64,000 nt of DNA from NCBI GenBank assembly GCA_963776345.1, contig CAVZMH010000019.1, positions 64,001 to 128,000 of the forward strand, written 5' to 3'. How positions within the stretch are numbered: the stretch's first letter is position 1; every line of letters starts with the position of its first letter. A program made the position numbers and the translations under genes. Positions 59,380 to 64,000 of the stretch are shown one piece after another. The notes under the pieces were generated by a model. The model worked only from the letters and a program-made list of their open reading frames with translations, had not been told where the DNA came from and made no database searches. This DNA comes from an uncultured delta proteobacterium (GTDB lineage: Bacteria; Myxococcota; Myxococcia; Myxococcales; Myxococcaceae).

Positions 59380-60069
59380 ATGATCCAGATGTTCCACGTC
59401 ACCAAGGCGTACCCGGGCGACCCGCCGGCGCTGGTGGACGTGAATTTGACGGTAGAGAAAGGTGAGTTTGTGTTCCTCACCGGCCCCTCGGGTGCGGGAA
59501 AGACCACGCTCCTGCGCCTGGTGTTCTGCGCCGAGCCTGCCACCCGGGGGCAGATCCTCGTCGGCGGCCGGAACGTGGCGCGCATCCGCCAGTCGAGCAT
59601 CCCCTTCCTCCGGCGGAACATCGGGGTCGTCTTCCAGGACTTCAAGCTGCTGCCCCACCGCACGGTGCTGGACAACGTGGCCCTGGCGCTCGACGTGCTG
59701 GGAGTGTCGCGCGACGAGGCCCGCCAGCGCGCGCAGCGGATGCTGAAGCTGGTGGGCCTGCAGCTCAAGACCGAGAGCCTGCCGCTGAAGCTCAGCGGCG
59801 GAGAGCAGCAGCGGGTGGTCATCGCCCGCGCGCTGGTCAACGAGCCGGCGCTCCTCCTCGCGGACGAGCCCACCGGCAACCTCGACCCGGGGCTCACCCA
59901 GGAGATCATGAGCCTGCTCTCGGACGCCAACGTGCGCGGCACCACGGTGGTGGTCGCCACCCACGACCTGGTGATGGTGGAGCGCTCCCAGAAGCGGGTG
60001 GTGGCGCTGGAGAAGGGCCGCATCGTCTCCGACGCCGGGGGCCCGGCGTCGGTCCGGCGGGTGGGGTAG
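59380..60069 (+). CDS. ftsE: Cell division ATPase FtsE
   Basis: GPSGAGKTT, VVFQDFKLL, LSGGEQQR, ADEPTGNLD. Confidence 0.94.
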   Translation: MIQMFHVTKAYPGDPPALVDVNLTVEKGEFVFLTGPSGAGKTTLLRLVFCAEPATRGQILVGGRNVARIRQSSIPFLRRNIGVVFQDFKLLPHRTVLDNVALALDVLGVSRDEARQRAQRMLKLVGLQLKTESLPLKLSGGEQQRVVIARALVNEPALLLADEPTGNLDPGLTQEIMSLLSDANVRGTTVVVATHDLVMVERSQKRVVALEKGRIVSDAGGPASVRRVG

Positions 60070-60081
60070 GGCGGACGGCAC

Positions 60082-60981
60082 GTGGGCGCGGTCGCCAAGG
60101 CGCAGACCTTCTGGCGTTCGGCGGTGGAGGGCATCCGCCACCAGCCCTTCGTCCACGCCGTGTCCACCATCACCCTGGCCATCGCCCTCTTCACCCTGGG
60201 CCTGGCCCGCTCGGCGGCCCACGAGCTGGACCGGCTGGTGGGGAGCCTCGGCGGCGAGGTGCGCGTCACGGTGTACCTGGACCCGCACGCCACGCCGGAG
60301 GCCCGCGGCGCGCTGGCGACCACGCTCCGCGGCCGGAGCATGGCGGTGGAGGAGGTGAGCCCGCGGGCGGCGCTGGAGCGGCTGGTCCGGGAGCTCGGTC
60401 CCGCCGCCGAGTCGTTGCGCGGGCTGTCCGAGGACCCGCTCCCGCCCTCGCTCGAGGTGCGCGTCCCCGAGCGGATGCGTGCGCCCGAGTCGCTGCGCGC
60501 GCTCGCCGCCGAGCTGCGGGGAACGGCGGCGGTGACCGGCGTCGACTACGGCGAGCAGGCGGTGGAGCGGCTCTCGGCCCTCGCCCGCGCGGTGCGCTGG
60601 GCGGGCTGGGTGGCGTTCATCGTGCTGGTGGGCGCCACGCTGATCATCGTCTCCGCCACGCTCCAGCTCGCCATCTATGCCCGCCGCGAGGAGGTGGAGA
60701 TCCAGAAGCTGGTGGGCGCGACCGACCGCTTCGTCCAGGCGCCGTTCCTGCTCGAGGGGGCGCTGCAGGGGCTCGCCGGCGCGGCGCTGGCCATCGCCGG
60801 CCTGGTCGCCTTCCGTCAGACGCTCTCGCCCCAGCTCGCGACCCTGCTGTCCTTCCTCCGGCTCCCCGGGGTGGCGGCGGACGCGCGGCCGTGGATGGAG
60901 GCCCTGGAGCTCGCGCTGGCCGGGGCGGCGCTGGGGCTGTCGGGGAGCTACCTCGCCGTGCACCGGTTCCTGCGCGCATGA
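60082..60981 (+). CDS. ftsX: Cell division permease FtsX
   Basis: PLP.S.EV, RREEVEI.KLVGAT..FV..PF..EG. Confidence 0.92.
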   Translation: MGAVAKAQTFWRSAVEGIRHQPFVHAVSTITLAIALFTLGLARSAAHELDRLVGSLGGEVRVTVYLDPHATPEARGALATTLRGRSMAVEEVSPRAALERLVRELGPAAESLRGLSEDPLPPSLEVRVPERMRAPESLRALAAELRGTAAVTGVDYGEQAVERLSALARAVRWAGWVAFIVLVGATLIIVSATLQLAIYARREEVEIQKLVGATDRFVQAPFLLEGALQGLAGAALAIAGLVAFRQTLSPQLATLLSFLRLPGVAADARPWMEALELALAGAALGLSGSYLAVHRFLRA

Positions 60982-62096
60982 GGGCCGGGCCGGCGCTGCT
61001 CGTCCTCCTGCTCGCCCGGAGCGCGGCAGCGGCCACCGAGGACTCCGCGGCGGACTCGGACCCGCTCGAGGCCCAGCGCGCGCTTCTCCGGGGCCTGCGC
61101 GCGCAGTCCGGCAACGCCGAGGCCGCCTTCGGCGTCTACGCCGGGCTCGCCCGGGTGTCGGCCGCGCGCGGCGTGGCGCTCTCCACCCAGATGCGGGTCC
61201 TCGCCAACCGGCTGGCGGCTGCCGAGGCCGAGGAGGTGCTCGCCCGCGCGGTGCTCGAGTCGAGGGTGGACCGGCTCCGGCCACGTCTGCTGTCGCTGTA
61301 CCAGCTCACCCAGCGCAGCCCGCTCGAGGTGCTGCTCCCGGCCGGGGACGTGGCCGCCCTCGCCTGGCGGGCCCGGGCGCTCTCCTCGCTCGTCCGGACC
61401 GACCTCGCCGCCCTCGACGAGATGCGCTCGGTGGTGGCCTTCCAGCGCTCTCGCCTCGAGCAGCTCGACGCCTGGAAGCGACAGGTGGGCAGCCGGCTCG
61501 GTGAGCTCCGGGCCGAGGTGGAGGAGGCGGCGGCGCAGCAGACCGAGCTCGGAGAGGCGCTGCAGCTGCTGCAGGCCAAGGCCCGCGCCGCTGGGACGGT
61601 GCTCGCCGAGCTGGCGCGCTCGCGGGCGCAGCTGCAGGCCGTGGCCGCGGTGCTGGAGGAGCCCGAGCCCACTGGCTTCGGCGCTCTCCGGGGGAAGCTG
61701 CCGCTCCCCACCGCGGGGCACGTGGAGGTGGCGTTCGGGCGGCTGGTCCACCCCAGGTTCAACACCGTCACGGTGCAGAAGGGGTTCGACATCCGTGCCC
61801 CGCCGGGCGCTCCGGTGAAGGCGCTCGCCCCGGCGACGGTGGCGTGGACCGGCTGGCTCAACGGCTACGGGAACCTCGTGGTGCTGGACCAGGGCGACGG
61901 CTACCACACGCTCTACGCCCACCTGGCCGAGGTGCTCCGGCCGGTGGGGGCCCATCTCTTTCCCGGCGAGGTGCTGGGCACCGTCGGCGACACCGGCTCG
62001 CTGAAGGGCGCCTACCTGTACTTCGAGGTCCGGCGACGCGGACTGGCAGTGGACCCGATGCCCTGGGTGGGCGCGGCCATGGCCCGCGCGCCGTAG
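60978..62096 (+). CDS. envC: EnvC-like coiled-coil protein with degenerate M23 domain
   Basis: Signal, coiled coil, GKLPLP, KGFDI and YAH lacking Zn ligands, LYFEVR. Confidence 0.8.
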   Translation: MRAGPALLVLLLARSAAAATEDSAADSDPLEAQRALLRGLRAQSGNAEAAFGVYAGLARVSAARGVALSTQMRVLANRLAAAEAEEVLARAVLESRVDRLRPRLLSLYQLTQRSPLEVLLPAGDVAALAWRARALSSLVRTDLAALDEMRSVVAFQRSRLEQLDAWKRQVGSRLGELRAEVEEAAAQQTELGEALQLLQAKARAAGTVLAELARSRAQLQAVAAVLEEPEPTGFGALRGKLPLPTAGHVEVAFGRLVHPRFNTVTVQKGFDIRAPPGAPVKALAPATVAWTGWLNGYGNLVVLDQGDGYHTLYAHLAEVLRPVGAHLFPGEVLGTVGDTGSLKGAYLYFEVRRRGLAVDPMPWVGAAMARAP

Positions 62097-62106
62097 CCCT
62101 TCGCCC

Positions 62107-62135
62107 TTGACGCACCGCATCACGATGCTTAACTT
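62107..62135 (+). promoter_or_regulatory. Putative sigma70 promoter with palindrome in the spacer
   Basis: TTGACG-N17-TAACTT; GCATC-AC-GATGC at 62117-62128. Confidence 0.6.
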
Positions 62136-62141
62136 CCGGTC

Positions 62142-63047
62142 GTGGACCTTCTCGCGACGCTCCAGGGCTACGTCCGGAGGCGGCTCGTGGCCGCGGGGGC
62201 GGGCTCCGACCTGTACCTCGTCGCCGGCCACTCGGTGCACGCCTACCGGGTGCCCGGGACGGGCGTGGGGCCGCCGGTGCTGCTGGTGCACGGCCTCGGC
62301 GGGAGCGCCAACGGCTGGGTGCGCATCCTCCGGCCCCTCGCCCGAGACTTCTCCGCCGTCTACGCGCTGGACCTCCCTGGGAATGGTTTCTCGCCGCTGC
62401 CCGCGTCCGGGCCGCTCACGCTCGAGGAGCAGCTCGAGGTCCTGCACGCGTTCTGCCGCGAGGTGGTGAGGGCGCCGGCCTTCGTGGTGGGGAACTCTCT
62501 CGGAGGGGCCCTGTCGGTCATCCTCGCCGCGGTGCACCCCGGGGACGTCGCGGCGCTGGCCCTGGTGGCGCCGGCCGGGGGCCAGATGACACCCGAGTCG
62601 TTGGCCGAGCTGATGCGGGCGCTCGACGTGCGGACCACCGCCGATGCGCTGCGGCTCACCCGCCGGCTGTTCCACCGGGCGCCGCTGGTGGCCATCCTCT
62701 TCGCCCCCGAGCTGAGGAAGCTGCACGCCACCCCGGCGGTGCGTGCCCTGCGCAGCCACGCGCAGCAGCGCCACTCCATCCCGCCCGACCTCCTCGCCAC
62801 GCTGCGCGCGCCGACGCTGCTCCTGTGGGGCGCGAGCGAGAAGCTGCTCCCGCGGGAGCAGCTGGACTGGTACCGCGCGCACCTCCCGCCCGGGGCGCGC
62901 ATCGAGGTGGTGCCGGGCTTCGGCCACGTTCCGCAGATGGAGCGACCGCGCGAGCTGGTGGCGCGTCTGCGGAGCTTCGCCGAGGAGCTCGGCCTGCTGG
63001 CGGTCAGTCCCCCGCACCAGGGGGACGCCCGCGGAGCGGCGCAGTAG
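62142..63047 (+). CDS. Alpha/beta hydrolase
   Basis: LVHGLG, DLPG.G, GNSLGG, GHVPQ.E. Confidence 0.9.
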   Translation: MDLLATLQGYVRRRLVAAGAGSDLYLVAGHSVHAYRVPGTGVGPPVLLVHGLGGSANGWVRILRPLARDFSAVYALDLPGNGFSPLPASGPLTLEEQLEVLHAFCREVVRAPAFVVGNSLGGALSVILAAVHPGDVAALALVAPAGGQMTPESLAELMRALDVRTTADALRLTRRLFHRAPLVAILFAPELRKLHATPAVRALRSHAQQRHSIPPDLLATLRAPTLLLWGASEKLLPREQLDWYRAHLPPGARIEVVPGFGHVPQMERPRELVARLRSFAEELGLLAVSPPHQGDARGAAQ

Positions 63048-63063
63048 CGCCGCCCGTCCAGGC

Positions 63064-63582
63064 TCAGTGCCCCGGCCGGAGCCTTTCTCCCGTCGTGAGG
63101 TAGTGGTTGAGCGCCAGCTCCCAGTGGCGCATCGCCCGGAGGTACTCGTCGGGCGTCCTGCTCCGCACCAGCGCCACGCCGGACGGCCCCAGCGCGGTCC
63201 AGGTGTAGCGGACCGCGGCGACGGTCCGGGCCGGCCCGTCGGCCCGGAGCCGGATGTCGATCTCCGTCACGTCCGAGCCTGGGGTGAAGTGGACGTAGTG
63301 CACGTGCCCGGCGGCGGGCTCGAAGGCATCGAGGAGCCACACCGTCTCCGGCTGCCCGGGGTGACGGACGACGAAGAGGGTGCCCGCGCCGCCACCCGGT
63401 GGCTCCCAGCGCATCTCGGGCTCCCAGCCGGGCGCCCAGGCGCGCTCGCCGAGGGGGGTGAGCAGCGGCAGCACCCGGTCGGGCGGGGCCTCGAGGTGCT
63501 GCTCGTAGACGTGGCTCACCCGCTCCAGCGAGTCGGCCGGGGCGGTGGCCAGCGCCGCGGTGACGAGGGGGACGAGGGTCAT
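63064..63582 (-). CDS. Hypothetical protein, possibly SRPBCC-like
   Basis: SD AGGAG, ATGA overlap with MarR gene, VLPLL.P..E..W.PGW. Confidence 0.65.
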   Translation of the reverse strand: MTLVPLVTAALATAPADSLERVSHVYEQHLEAPPDRVLPLLTPLGERAWAPGWEPEMRWEPPGGGAGTLFVVRHPGQPETVWLLDAFEPAAGHVHYVHFTPGSDVTEIDIRLRADGPARTVAAVRYTWTALGPSGVALVRSRTPDEYLRAMRHWELALNHYLTTGERLRPGH

Positions 63583-64000
63583 GGGGACTTCCTCCTGGGC
63601 TCGGGCGAGGTCTCGCCGTCGATGGTCTCGGACAGGGCGTGGAGCACCGCCTGGAAGCCGCGGAGGTCCCGCTCGGTGAGCCGGGCCATCGCCCGGTCCT
63701 CGAGATCGAGGAGGTGCTGGTGCACCCGGGCGGCCGTCCGGGCGCCGGTCCGGGTGAGCCGGACGGTGAACGACCGCCGGTCCTCGGGCCGCACGTCGCG
63801 GGTGACGTCGCCGCGGGCCTCCAGCCGGTCGAGGTAGCTGGTGAGGGTCGAGCGCTTGTGGGCGAACGCCCGGTGGAGCTCGGCGACCGAGGAGGGCCCG
63901 GCCTCGGCCAGGTGGGCCAGGAGGTGGGACTCGCCCTGCGAGAGGCCGAGCGGGGGCCTCGCCGCATCCAGGTACAGGCCGAGCCGATGGGTGGTGCGGT
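63579..64000 (-). CDS. MarR-family regulator (5' truncated by window edge)
   Basis: STLTSYLDRLE.RG...DRRSF.V.LT..G read in frame from 63998. Confidence 0.88.
   Translation of the reverse strand, partial: RTTHRLGLYLDAARPPLGLSQGESHLLAHLAEAGPSSVAELHRAFAHKRSTLTSYLDRLEARGDVTRDVRPEDRRSFTVRLTRTGARTAARVHQHLLDLEDRAMARLTERDLRGFQAVLHALSETIDGETSPEPRRKSP

Noticed and set aside
56766..60341. 1191-aa ORF ending in an ABC ATPase
   Set aside because: Only 56766-57686 is coding; the rest is antisense to gpx and ftsEX

Overview
High-GC (>70%) myxobacterial (Myxococcales-like) chromosomal segment, with a core gene order resembling the Myxococcus xanthus pil region as I recall it. 1-27.9 kb (+): algI/algJ-like acetyltransferase pair, pilD, a GT-C-like membrane protein, a pilS2/pilR2-like two-component system, a small XRE regulator, pilMNOPQ, a lipoprotein, mglC-like roadblock, efp, accB, accC, sgmX-like TPR protein, ExeA-type ATPase, TamB- and Omp85-family genes. 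27.9-42.7 kb is accessory: Tat-signal amidase, GNATs, a type III PKS/methyltransferase/ACP/FAAL/FAD-oxidoreductase cluster, MFS, Ppx/GppA, cysteine hydrolase, class V PLP enzyme, secreted cupin and a membrane-anchored HTH/beta-propeller protein. 42.7-64 kb: tolQRAB, repeat lipoprotein, murI, carF, fdhD, GNAT-MobA fusion, P450 + SDR, ABC transporter, glutathione peroxidase, ftsEX-envC, hydrolase, MarR. No rRNA, tRNA, CRISPR or transposase seen. Three single-base insertions break two genes and are probably assembly errors. Best novelty candidates: (1) an unannotated 21-codon ORF with a strong Shine-Dalgarno coupled to the P450; (2) an acetylation/glycosylation cassette wrapped around pilD; (3) a GNAT-MobA fusion with a probable CTG start; (4) a transmembrane HTH-propeller regulator with phased repeats facing a cupin. 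All family calls come from motif recognition, not database searches.
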